64,000 bases of DNA, from NCBI GenBank assembly GCA_964016885.1, contig OZ024743.1, forward strand, positions 254,758,001-254,822,000. Reading direction: 5' to 3'. Position 1 is the stretch's first letter; each line of letters opens with the position of its first letter. The notes beneath the pieces were generated by a model. It made no database searches. It was not told where the DNA came from and was given only the letters and a program-made list of their open reading frames with translations. The position numbers were made by a program, and so were the translations under genes. Positions 30,001 to 41,132 of the stretch are shown piece after piece. The stretch comes from Eledone cirrhosa (taxonomy: Eukaryota).

Positions 30001-32948
30001 GGTGGTAGTGCTTGTGTAATGGTGATCATGGTGGTGGTGGTGGTGGTAGTATTTGTTGTAATGGTGATCATGGTGGTGGTGGCGGTGGTGGTAGTGTTTG
30101 TTGTAATGGTGGTCATGGTCGTGGTGGTGGTGGTGGTAGTGTTTGTTGTAATGATGATCATGGTGGTGGTGGTGGTAGTGTTTGTTGTAATGATGATCAT
30201 GGTGGTGGAGCTGGTGGTAGTGTTTGTTGTAATGATGATCATGGTGGTGGTGGTGGTGGTAGTGTTTGTTGTAATGATGATCATGGTGGTGGTGGTGGTG
30301 GTAGTGTTTGTTGTAATGATGATCATGGTGGTGGTGGTGGTGGTAGTGTTTGTTGTAATGGTGATCATGGTGGTGGTGGTGGTAGTGTTTGTAGTAATGG
30401 TGATCATTGTGGTGGAGGTGGTGGTGGTAGTGTTTGTTGTAATGGTGATCATGGTGGTGGTGGTGGTGGTGGTAGTGTTTGTTGTAAAGGTGATCATGTT
30501 GGTGGTGGTGGTGGTGGTAGTGTTTGTTGTAATGGTGATGATGGTGGTGGTGGTGGTGGTGGTGGTAGTGTTTGTTGTAATGGTGATCATGGTGGTGGTG
30601 GTGGTGGTGGTGGTAGTGTTTGTTGTAATGGTGATCATGGTGGTGGTGGTGGTGGTGGTAGTGTTTGTTGTAATGGTGATGATGGTGGTGGTGGTGGTGG
30701 TGGTAGTGTTTGTTGTAATGGTGATGATGGTGGTGGTGGTGGTAGTGTTTGTTGTAATGGTGATCATGGTGGTGGAGGTGGTGGTGGTAGTGTTTGTAGT
30801 AATGGTGATCATGGTGGTGGTGGTGGTGGTGGTAGTGTTTGTTGTAATGGTGATCATGGTGGTGGAGGTGATGGTGGTAGTGTTTGTTGTAATGGTGATC
30901 ATGGTGGAGGTGGTGGTGGTGGTGGTAGTGTTTGTTGTAATGGTGATGATCATGGTGGTGGTGGTGGTGGTGGTGGTAGTGTTTATTGTAATGGTGATCA
31001 TGGTGGTGGTGTTGGTGGTAGTGTTTGTTGTAATGGTGATCATGGTGGTGGTGGTGGTGGTGGTAGTGTTTGTTGTAATGGTGATCATGGTGGTGGTGTT
31101 GGTGGTAGTGTTTGTTGTAATGGTGATCATGGTGGTGGTGGTGGTGGTAGTGTTTGTTGTAATGGTGATCATGGTGGTGGTGGTGGTGGTGGTAGTGTTT
31201 GTTGTAATGGTGATCATGGTGGTGGTGTTGGTGGTAGTGTTTGTTGTAATGGTGATCATGGTGGTGGTGGTGGTGGTGGTAGTGTTTGTTGTAATGGTGA
31301 TCATGGTCGTGGTGGTGGTGGTAGTGTTTGTTGTAATGGTGATCATGGTGGTGGTGGTGGTGGTAGTGTTTGTTGTAATTGTGATCATGGTGGTGGTGGT
31401 GGTGGTGGTATTGTTTGTTGTAATGGTGATCATGGTGGTGGTGGTGGTGGTAGTGTTTGTTGTAACGGTGATCATGGTCGTCGTGGTGGTGGTAGTGTTT
31501 GTTGTAATGGTGATCATGGTCGTGGTGGTGGTGGTAGTGTTAGTTGTAATGGTGATCATGGTCGTGGTGGTGGTGGTAGTGTTTGTTGTAATGGTGATCA
31601 TGGTGGTGGTGGTGGTGGTAGTGTTTGTTGTAATGGTGATCATGGTGGTGGTGGTGGTGGTAGTGTTTGTTGTAACGGTGATCATGGTCGTGGTGGTGGT
31701 GGTAGTGTTTGTTGTAATGGTGATCATGGTCGTGGTGGTGGTGGTAGTGTTTGTTGTAATGGTGATCATGGTGGTGGTGGTGGTGGTAGTGTTTGTTGTA
31801 ATGGTGATCATGGTGGTGGTAGTGCTTGTTGTAATGGTGATCATGGTGGTGGTGGTGGTGGTAGTGTTTGTTGTAACGGTGATCATGGTCGTGGTGGTGG
31901 TGGTAGTGTTTGTTGTAATGGTGATCATGGTGGTGGTGGTGGTGGTAGTGTTTGTTGTAATGGTGATCATGGTGGTGGTGGTGGTGGTAGTTTTTGTTGT
32001 AATGGTGATCATGGTGGTGGTGGTGGTGGTGGTAGTGTTTGTTGTAATGATGATCATGGTGGTGGTGGTGGTGGTAGTGTTTGTTGTAATGGTGATCATG
32101 GTGGTGGTGGTGGTGGTAGTGTTTGTTGTAATGGTGATCATGGTGGTGGTGGTGGTGGTGGTAGTGTTTGTTGTAATGGTGATCATGGTGGTGGTGGTGG
32201 TAGTGTTTGTTGTTATGGTGATCATGGTGGTGGTAGTGTTTGTTGTAATGGTGATCATGGTCGTGGTGGTGGTGGTAGTGTTTGTTGTAATGGTGATCAT
32301 GGTGGTGGTGGTGGTGGTGGTAGTGTTTGTTGTAATGGTGATCATGGTGGTGGTGGTGGTAGTGTTTGTTGTTATGGTGATCATGGTGGTGGTAGTGTTT
32401 GTTGTAATGATGATTATGGTGGTGGTGGTGGTGGTAGTGTTTGTTGTAATGATGATCATGGTGGTGGTGGTGGTGGTAGTGTCTGTTGTAATGATGATCA
32501 TGGTGGTGGTGGTGGTGGTGGTAGTGTTTGTTGTAATGGTGATCATGGTGGTGGTGGTGGTGGTAGTGTTTGTTGTAATGGTGGTCATGGTGGTGGTGGT
32601 GGTGGTAGTGTTTGTTGTAATGGTGGTCATGGTCGTGGTGGTGGTGGTAGTGTTTGTTGTAATGATGATCATGGTGGTGGTGGTGGTGGTAGTGTTTGTT
32701 GTAATGGTGATCATGGTGGTGGTGGTGGTGGTGGTAGTGTCTGTTGTAATGGTGATCATGGTCGTGGTGGTGGTGGTGGTAGTGTTTGTTGTAATGATGA
32801 TCATGGTTGTGGTGGTGGTGGTAGTGTTTGTTGTAATGGTGATCATAGTGTTGGTGGTGTTAGTGCTTGTTGTAATGGTGATCATGGTGGTGGTGGTGGT
32901 AGTGTTGGTTGTAATGGTGATCATGGTGGTGGTGGTGGTGGCGGTAGT
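1..32948. repeat. Large minisatellite/satellite array, unit AGTGTTTGTTGTAATGGTGATCAT(GGT)n (about 33-54 bp, mostly 42-45 bp; roughly 750 units, estimated from length)
   Basis: Directly visible: a near-constant 24-bp core followed by a variable (GGT)n run, uninterrupted from base 1 to 32948. The + strand is G/T-rich and most units carry a TGATCA site. The array continues beyond the left window edge. Confidence 0.99.
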
Positions 32949-34466
32949 CATCATCATCATCATCATCATCGTTTAACGTCCATCTTCCATGCTTGCATGG
33001 GTTTCGACGGGAATTTTCCAACTTGAGGCAAGAGTGGTTGTCCAGCTCATATAGGACTGTCTGGCGGGTTTTCTACAGCTGGATGCCCTTCCTAACACCA
33101 ACCACATTTATAGTGTGGACTGGGAAGTTTTTACCGTGTTACGTACACAGCCACATTACAGCGTGGACTGTGTGTTTTTTTTGTTGTGACACCTACACGA
33201 CCTCATTTGTTTCGACCTTGGATCTAGTGGTACCAGCATAACTTTACATTGAATGGGGTGGTGTGGATGGGGTGTGGGTATTTGGAAGGGGGTGTATTTT
33301 GTTAGAGGTGCCTACTGACTGTAGTAGAATTTACTTTGTATTTAGGTAAGGCGGGTCTTCTCTATTACTGTGTAGCGCCAAAGATCTCGGTCCAGTGACA
33401 TTGTCTTGGAAAGGTGTAAGTGTGTGAGGTCGGAAATTATCAAGTCATCCCAGGTTTTTTGGGGTCTGCCTACTCCGTGGCTACCGTCTATTTTTATTGC
33501 CCTGCACTTTTTTATATAGCTGTCGTCTTTCTTGCGCATTATGTGACCATACCAACGTAGTCTTCTCTCGAGTAAACAACATCTGATCCCTTTTATTCCT
33601 AATTTCTCCCTTAGTTCATTTATGCTTTGCCCTTCATGTATATTACTATTACACATCCAGCGGAGCATGCAAGCTTCGTTCCTCTCTAGTCTGCATGTAT
33701 CCTCTGCACACAATGCCCAGGTCTCACTGCCATGCAACATTGCTGTTCATATGCAGGCATCATACAGCCAGCCTTTCATTTTTAGAGAGAACCCTTTAGC
33801 GGCTAATAGTGGTATAAGCTCTCTGAACTTTTTCCATCCAGTTCTGACTCTAGCTACTGTACTTTCAGTCACCCTCCGCCACTGCTGATTTTGTCACCCA
33901 GGTAATGGAAGCTGTCCACTATTTTCTATAGAACCATCTGTGCAATTGAAAGAGCTCGTATTATGTGGGCACTTGCTGATACTTATTGCACCAGAACACT
34001 GGCCACATGTAAAATCTATGTTCTTAGTTAGCTTACCTGTGATCCCACTATATCTTTTATGCACCCATACTTTGCATTTGGGACATAAAATGGAGTTTCT
34101 ACCTACTCCTTTCCTACACACTGAGCATGGCCATTTCCCGGATGGGACCGGCGCCCTATTTTCCTTCCTACAAACTAGAACTTTAGTCTTAGACAGGTTA
34201 ATTTTAAGGCCTTTTGATTCTAGGCCATGCTTCCATGCTTGGAATTTCTTCTCTAGTTCGGCCATTGATTCAGCTATGAACGTTAGATCATCTGCGTATA
34301 TGAGTTCCCATGGGCAGCCGGTCTTGAACTCCACTGTTATAGCCTGAAGGGCAATAATAAATAGTAGGGGGCTAAGAATGGAGCCCTGATGAACACCAAC
34401 TTTTACGCTAAACTCTTCACTATATTCGTTGTTAATTCTAACCTTGCTGACTGTTTCTTTATACAT
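32949..34466 (-). mobile_element. 5'-truncated RTE-clade LINE (RT C-terminal half, Cys-rich module, 3' UTR, (GAT)n tail), inactivated
   Basis: Minus-strand translation gives GVHQGSILSPLLF and WELIYADDL (RT motifs), then MLHGSETW, ERRLRWYGHIMR and GRPQKTW (RTE C-terminus). The 3' end reads CATGGAAGATGGACGTTAAAC(GAT)7. Frameshifts near 33890 and a stop break the ORF. Confidence 0.95.
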
Positions 34467-35230
34467 AGTGTTTGTTGCAATGGTGATCATGGTGGTGGTG
34501 TTAGTGGTGGTAGTGTTTGTTGTAATGGTGATCATGGTGGTGGTGGTGGTGGTGGTAGTGTTACTTGTAATGGTGATCATGGTGGTGGTGGTGGTGGTGG
34601 TGTTTCTTGTAATGGTTATCATGGTGTTGGTGGTGGTGGTGGTAGTGTTTGTTGTAATGGTGATCATGGTGGTGGTGGTGGTGGTAGTGTTTGTTGTAAT
34701 GGTGATCATGGTGGTGGTGGTAGTGGTGGTAGTGTTTGTTGTAATGGTGATCATGGTGGTGGTGGTGGTGGTGGTGTTTCTTGTAATGGTTATCATGGTG
34801 TTGGTGGTGGTAGTATTTGTTGTAATGATTATCATGGTGTTGGTGGTAGTGGTTGTTGTAATGGTGGTCTTGGTGTTGGTAGTGGTGGTAGTGTTTTTTG
34901 TAATGGTTATCATGGTGTTGGTGGTAGTAGTGTTTGTTGTACTGGTTATCATGGTGTTGGTGGTGGTGGTGGTTGTTGTAATGGTGGTCATGGTGTTGGT
35001 GGTGGTGGTAGTGTTTGTTGTAATGTTTATCATGGTGTTGGTGGTGGTGGTTGTTGTAATGGTTGTCATGGTGTTGGTGATGGTGGTAGTGTTTGTTGTA
35101 ATGGTTATCATGGCGTTGGTGGTGGTGGTAGTGTTTGTTGTAATTGTTATCATGGCGTTGGTGGTGGTAGTGTTTGTTGAAATGGTTATCATGGTGGTGT
35201 TGTTGGTGGTGATTGTTGTAATGGTTGATC
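34467..35230. repeat. Diverged distal segment of the same satellite, decaying into cryptic GGT/GAT simple sequence up to ~35340
   Basis: Same core, with its own variants (GGTTATCAT, CATGGTGTT, shortened cores) and increasing degeneration rightwards. Confidence 0.95.
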
Positions 35231-35574
35231 ATGGTGTTGGTGGTGGAGGTGGTGATTGTTGTATTGGTGATGATGGTTGTTTTGGTAATGATGACATTGA
35301 CAATGGTGAAGATGTTGCTGGTGACCATGATAATAATAACAGTGTTGCCTCCCAGCTTCTCCTAGAGTTTGGTGGCTCTCCCTGAGTACTAACTTGCTCT
35401 GTGAACATGTGACCAATGAAGACAGATGCTGAAGGACGATGATGATCCCCGTGGTGATGGTGTGTAGGAGAAGGTAAAATGATAATGATGTTATTGATGG
35501 ATGATCACGTTGACCATGATGATGATGGCATCAATAAAGATAGAGTAAATAATGAATGGAGCAGGGAGTCATAA

Positions 35575-35775
35575 TGATGTGGGAGAGGAGAAGAATTTAA
35601 TGGGGGAGGGGTGAAGAAATGAAGAAAGAGCGGGGAAGAAGTAAAGAAAGGAGGAAAATGGGTGGAGAGGTAGGTGAAGAATGGAGGAATGGGAGAGGAA
35701 GAAAGTGGGTGGAGGGAAGCTGAAAAAAGAAAGGGGTGGGCATGAAGGAAGTGAAGAAAGAAATAACAAAAGATA
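35575..35775. repeat. Purine-rich (GA/GGA/GAA) low-complexity tract
   Basis: The + strand is almost entirely A/G. Confidence 0.85.
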
Positions 35776-35989
35776 TAGAACAACTATGAAATAAATGTTG
35801 CTCCACACCCCAGGAAGAGGGAGTGCAGGTATCTAGGTTATACTTCGATATTGATTTGATCCCAGGTTACACCATTTTTACTTTAATATGAATAAAAAAT
35901 GCATGCATATCATCATACTGTTATTACCTCCCACGCAGGAGCCTGTGTACAGAACATAAATTGAATTACTTGGTTAAAGGACATGATGG

Positions 35990-36221
35990 ATGGCAAGAAA
36001 AATGGCCCAAATCACTTGTTATGCGTCAAATGATTTCCAATTGGTTAGTGACATAGAGTTACGGCTCTTTATGTTCTGAGTTCAAACCTGCCAAGGTTAG
36101 CTTTGCCTTTTATCCTTATGGGTTCGATAAAATAAAGTGCCAGTTACGCACTGGGATCGATTTAATCAACTTTAACCTCACTAAAAATGTTGGCCTTGTG
36201 CCTATGTCAGAAATCATTATT
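35990..36221 (+). mobile_element. tRNA-derived SINE with a Deu/Nin-like central domain (family A)
   Basis: B-box-like GAGTTCAAACC, followed by GCCTTTTATCCTTATGGGTTCGATAAAATAAAGTGCCAG and an (ATT)n tail. Matches other copies in the window. Confidence 0.8.
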
Positions 36222-36223
36222 GA

Positions 36224-36420
36224 TGGCAGGGGATTGGCAGAATCATTAGTGTTGGACAAAATACTTTTTAGTATTTGTTATGTCCCTTTACATTCTGAGT
36301 TCAAATTATGCTGAGGTTGGTGAAATAAAGTACCAGCCAAGTTCTGTGGTTGATAGACTTGAATTTCTCTTCATTCCAAATTGTTGACATTGTGCCTATC
36401 TTGGAAAACATTATTATTTT
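36224..36420 (+). mobile_element. SINE family A, second adjacent copy with an internal deletion
   Basis: TTGGCAGAATCATTAG head, CCCTTTACATTCTGAGTTCAAAT, AAATAAAGTACCAG, TTGTGCCTA and an ATT tail. Confidence 0.75.
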
Positions 36421-36479
36421 TATTGCATGTCCTCACTGCATTACTGAGCACAACTCTCTGCACCTTGGGTATATGCAGT

Positions 36480-36990
36480 GTTGATTTTGGTGTTGCTTTT
36501 ACTGTGTTGACACTACACTTTGTAATATGTGTACAGTGTTTAGTAGTGCTATTTTATGTATGATACACATGTTTGTAAGTCTTGGGGTTTTGGTTATGTA
36601 TCTGTCTGTGTTTTTGTTATCATTCCCAGTGCACCTATTGTTATGAGGATTGTTTATGTTTTCATCATCCTCTTTTTGATTATTTTTATCTCAAGATATT
36701 TATATTTTTATAATTTCTCCATTTTCTTGTTGGTTATATTAACAACTATAGGGATTTATATAAGATAATTTTTTGTTGTTGTCTTTGACTATAATATCTC
36801 TTTGGTTAGCTTTGATCTTCTTGTTTCTGTGTATTGGCATATCCCAGAATATGATTGCTTCATCATTCTCTGACACCTTTACTGGTACATCCTTTTTTCT
36901 AATGGTATTTTGTAGTGCTGACATAACATCTAGTGTACGTAATTCCCAACTTTATCATATCTGTGGATATATTCATTTTTGGGGGGACTA
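36480..36990 (-). mobile_element. Decayed R4/Dong-like (restriction-like endonuclease) non-LTR retrotransposon 3' fragment
   Basis: Minus-strand peptides IFWDMPIHRNKKIKANQRDIIVKD, KYKYLEIKI and IGALGMITK resemble the RLE domain of R4-type elements. Frameshifted. Confidence 0.7.
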
Positions 36991-37364
36991 AGACTTGGCA
37001 GACAGAAACATTATCATTCATTGTTTTTCTCAATTATTTACTGTTCTACTTCATTATGTACTTTTCGTGGTTCCTTGTCGTGAGGGTTTGATCTTGCGCT
37101 GTGATTGGAAATTTAATGGTCTTGGTTTTTTGTCCAATGCTTCTTTGGCAGTTTTGTGAATTTTACTTTTTCACTTCCTTTCTATTCAGGTTTTTCAGGT
37201 ATTACCCATGTAAATGCGTTTCTTGCCATTGTTTTATCATGGCATTCTGGAGATCTGTTTTCAATTTAGATTTCATCTTTTTTCACAGTTTATGTTGCTG
37301 TTTCTTCTGTGTTTTCATTTTCCTGAACCTAGGGTAATAGCTGTTTTCATTGGAGAGAGAGAAC

Positions 37365-37560
37365 TCATCTGAGAATGTGTGCTGTTCCTAGTAGTCAAAT
37401 GTTCTGTTGCTTATATTTGCTGATCTTGCAGGGAAAGACACTAAAGTGCAGATCTGATGATTTGGGTATTAATCCTAATGCTTCTATTACCACGGGGATA
37501 ATGTTTGTTGTCATCCTCCACATGTGGTTGATCTCTATTTCCAGATCTTTGCATTTATTA
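37365..37560 (-). mobile_element. Second R4/Dong-like RLE C-terminal fragment
   Basis: Minus strand reads KCKDLEIEINHMW...IPVVIEALGLIPK...LLGTAHILR, the characteristic C-terminus. Confidence 0.75.
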
Positions 37561-37919
37561 TTGTATTATCATCATCATCATCATTGTCATCGTTATTGTT
37601 ATTATTATTATTGAAGGAAATGTTATTATTATTATTGAAAGAAATGGTTCACCAGAATTGATAGTGTGAGGCAAAATGATTTTATTTCAGGTCTGTACAA
37701 CCTGACTTTAAATCTCAATTCCAAATTTCAAGATTCATGATCTTACTTTTGTTGTTACTGTCCCTAAGACATCAATTTGTTCGAAAATCACAGGCAATGT
37801 ATCTCATTAGAAATATGGTAATGAAAGAGTTAAGGATTCATTCAGCCAGCTTCTTTTGTGTCAATAATCTGCTCAAGCAGAGCTGATCAAATAAATTTAT
37901 TCAATGGTAGTTTTGTGAA

Positions 37920-38030
37920 TGCATCTGGTCAGGGGTTAGGGTGTTAGATGCATGATCATAAGATTTTGTGTGTGATTCCTGGGCAAGGAAGCACATTCTG
38001 TTCTTGAGCAAGTTACATCATTTCACATTA
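37920..38030 (+). mobile_element. tRNA-derived SINE head fragment (family B)
   Basis: TGGTCAGGGGTTAGGGTGTT...GATTCCTGG...TTCTTGAGCAAG...TTTCAC resembles the head of the copy at 55850-56130. Confidence 0.55.
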
Positions 38031-38644
38031 ATTTTTAAGAGAGGACAGTGGCTCTTATTATTAACACAACCATGGAACCACATTAAATGCATTCTCATAG
38101 GAGGCCAGCTCAACCTGCATAGACCTGGAAATTGCATTTATTTTGCAGTGATTAACTAATTCTTATTTCATTATAATTCCCTTGGTATGATTTGAACACA
38201 CAACCAAAAGAAATTAATCTAAATAGTGCAATATGCATTTAGTCCATTATCTCTCTACAGTCTGAACTTTTTCTTCACCTTCTTTGAATGAGTTTTAACA
38301 TTATCAGCGCCATTTCGTAAACTATCAGGTAAAATAGAGACAGTTTGGGTATTTAATGTCCATTTTCAGTGTGAACACAGACTAAACATTTTATCAGGAA
38401 AGTCGCTTGTAAAATCTCCGATGATAAATATCTTTTTAGACAGAAACTAAAACTCCTGTTTCTCTATCTCTTTTTTATAATATTTTTATTTTATTCTATT
38501 CTATTTTATGAAAAGCTTCAATTTCTACTATGAAAATCTGAAATTTATTGCAATGAGTAACAAGTAAGTATTAAAGATTAATGATAGAAAATTTCAGGAA
38601 AAAGAAAAATCTTTTCACTTAATGGTCAAACTTAATGTTCCTTA

Positions 38645-38709
38645 ATATAGATATGTATGATATGTATATGATATATAGATATATGTATGTTATACATATA
38701 TGTAAGATG

Positions 38710-38741
<32 letters not shown>

Positions 38742-39022
38742 TATATACATATATATAACATTTTTATATCATATACATATCATACATATGTATATGATAT
38801 ATCAATATATATATGCATGTGTATGTGTGTGTATACATGTGTGTGTATAGTTGTGTGTGTGTATATATATATATATATGTATATACACAATTATCCACAC
38901 ATACATGTACATTTATACACACATATTTATCACACACACATATATATATATATATACATATGTATATACACAATTATCCACACATACATGTACATTTATA
39001 CACACATATTTATCACACACAT

Positions 39023-39070
<48 letters not shown>
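38645..39070. repeat. Compound TA/CA/TG microsatellite containing an ~83-bp tandem duplication
   Basis: Directly visible. TATGTATATACACAATTATCCACAC...TTTATCACACACA occurs at ~38876 and ~38959. Confidence 0.95.
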
Positions 39071-39439
39071 TCATGTTAAATGAGAATTTAAAGTCTTTAC
39101 TATGACAGTGTTCATGTTCCATATATAGATGTAAGCCATGATTAAGACAGGTACTTCAACTAAGTTTCCTAATAAATATAGTGTGCTTAATTCTCTATTA
39201 CAGGTGAACAAAATATTGTAAAGTATGTTAATAGAAAGAAATTACAATATTGATTGATTCATTAAAAGTTTTTCTCCCCTTCCCACTCAACTTATATTAA
39301 TGGTTCACAAATATCATTTATGCAATATAAGTGTGTGTATCTATGTATGTGTGTGTGTGTATGTATGTGTGTGTGTAAGTATGTTTATATATAGCAAAGT
39401 AGAAATTAACAATGAGTAAAATGAAGAATTCAGTGTATA

Positions 39440-41132
39440 ATTGGGGGCCCATCAGGGCTCTATTTTAGCCCACTCTTCATCATGATTTCCCACAGGCTAT
39501 AACAGAGGAATTTAAGAGTGGTTGTCTATTGGAACTCAAATACTCAGACAACTTGACCCTCATAGCAGATTTAATGAAGTAATTTCAGGCATGGAGGCAC
39601 AGCTTGGATATACATGTCCTTAAAGACAACCTAGCAAAGATTAAAATACTAGTGCCCAGAAGAAAAACGAGGCTTAGATTGCATCAATAAAATAGCCCTG
39701 CTCTGTATGCAGGAAAGGTGTGGGTAGAAACTCAATCTTATGTTTCAAATGTAAATTTTGGTTCCACAAGTGAGAAATCGGGCAGGCTAGCAAAAGACAC
39801 AGACACCATATGTGGACATTGCACAGGGAAAATAAGAAAAACCCTCTGAGAACAAGCTTTTTAAATGCACAGAAAACCCAATAGAAATAGTCGATAGCTT
39901 TTGCTACCTGGGTAACCAAATCAGCCATGGTGGAGGATGTGTACAATGTACAGTTGCCAGAGTAAGGATGGGATGGAAAAAGTTCAGGGATTTGCTGCCT
40001 TTGCTAGCTACAAAAGATCTCTCACTCAAGATAAAAGGCAAACTGTATGATGCCTGGGTGCAAACTGTATGATGCCTGACACTGCATCCCAAGGATCTAG
40101 GAGATTGCAGAAAAATGAAGCCTACATACTCTGATGAATGTGTAACACTAGTGTGCATGAACGGTGAAATGTAAATGAATTGAGAGTGAAACTGGGCATA
40201 AGAAGGATCAAATGCTGTGTGTAGGAGAGAAGGCTGCAGTGATATGGACATGTGATGCACATGGATTACAGCTGTATAAAAAAGTGCATGATGCTCGAGG
40301 ATGTAGGGTGCCTCAAAAGTGGAAGACCTAGGAAGATATGGGATGAAATGATAAAGGCTGACCTGGCTCAGCTGAACCTCTCAACGGAGATGATACATGA
40401 ACAAGACATCTGGCGTTATGAAGTACAACAAAAACCCAAGTCAACAACCCTGCCTAGCTCAGCCCATACCATGAACGTGGCTTTTGCTTTAGGAAGGGCA
40501 TCCAGTTGTCTTGAAATCCCAGCCAAAAACACAATCCCACTATGAGCAACACAGGTCCCAGCATGGCTAACTGATGAGACCTCCCTCATAACATGCCTAC
40601 CCAGCTCCCATAATATTGGTCTACTGGCTGATTTGTGCAAGGTACGGCATGCCCATCTGGTCAGGCTTGTTTCATAATAGGTCCACTCAGTAACACAACC
40701 TTACTATGAGCAAGGCATGATGTGGCCAACTGGCCAGATCTCCCTCATAATGGGATCACTCCACTCCCAAATTCTGGCTCCACTCTGAGCAGAATGATGC
40801 CACCCAGTTCCACACTGTAAACATAGTTGGTGGTAGGAAGGGCATCCAGCAGCCATACAAATCAAGCCCAAACATTGTCTCACTGTGAGCAATACATGGC
40901 ATGGCCAACTGGCCAAACCTCCGTCAATAAGGGACCACCCAGTTTCACATTGTGAATGTGTTTGGTGCTAGGAAGGAAAAGCAACTGTAAAAATCCCAAC
41001 CAAAATACAGTCCCATTTGAGCAAGACAAAGCACTGCCAACTGGCCAGACTTGCCTCATAACATGAACAACCCGTCTAACCCATACAGTCATGGAAAAAT
41101 GGATGTTAAATGGTGATGATAATGATGATGAT
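39440..41132 (+). mobile_element. Decayed 5'-truncated RTE LINE with an internally repeated 3' UTR and (GAT)n tail
   Basis: HQGSILAHSS, PCSVCRKGVGRNSILC, FCYLGNQIS, ARVRMGWKKFRDLLPLL and GRPRKIWDE. Ends CATGGAAAAATGGATGTTAAATGGTGATGATAATGATGATG. Same family as 32949-34466. Confidence 0.92.

Noticed and set aside
1-32948. CRISPR-like layout (constant 24-bp repeat with variable spacers)
   Set aside because: Spacers are only (GGT)n rather than unique sequence, there are no cas genes, and the context is eukaryotic.
1-32948. Telomeric repeat
   Set aside because: No TTAGGG-type unit, and the G-rich strand points into the unique sequence rather than towards a left chromosome end.
32949-32970. His-tag-like HHHHHHH ending the Gly/Cys ORF (synthetic construct?)
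   Set aside because: It is the reverse complement of the RTE (GAT)n tail.
802-33026. Annotating the 1000-10000 aa ORFs as genes
   Set aside because: They overlap on both strands, are stop-poor by composition and have no unique domains. Kept only as a testable finding.
40571-40600. CTGATGAG hammerhead-like start
   Set aside because: No stem II or GAAA follows. It is a variant of the RTE 3' UTR module AACTGGCCAGACC.
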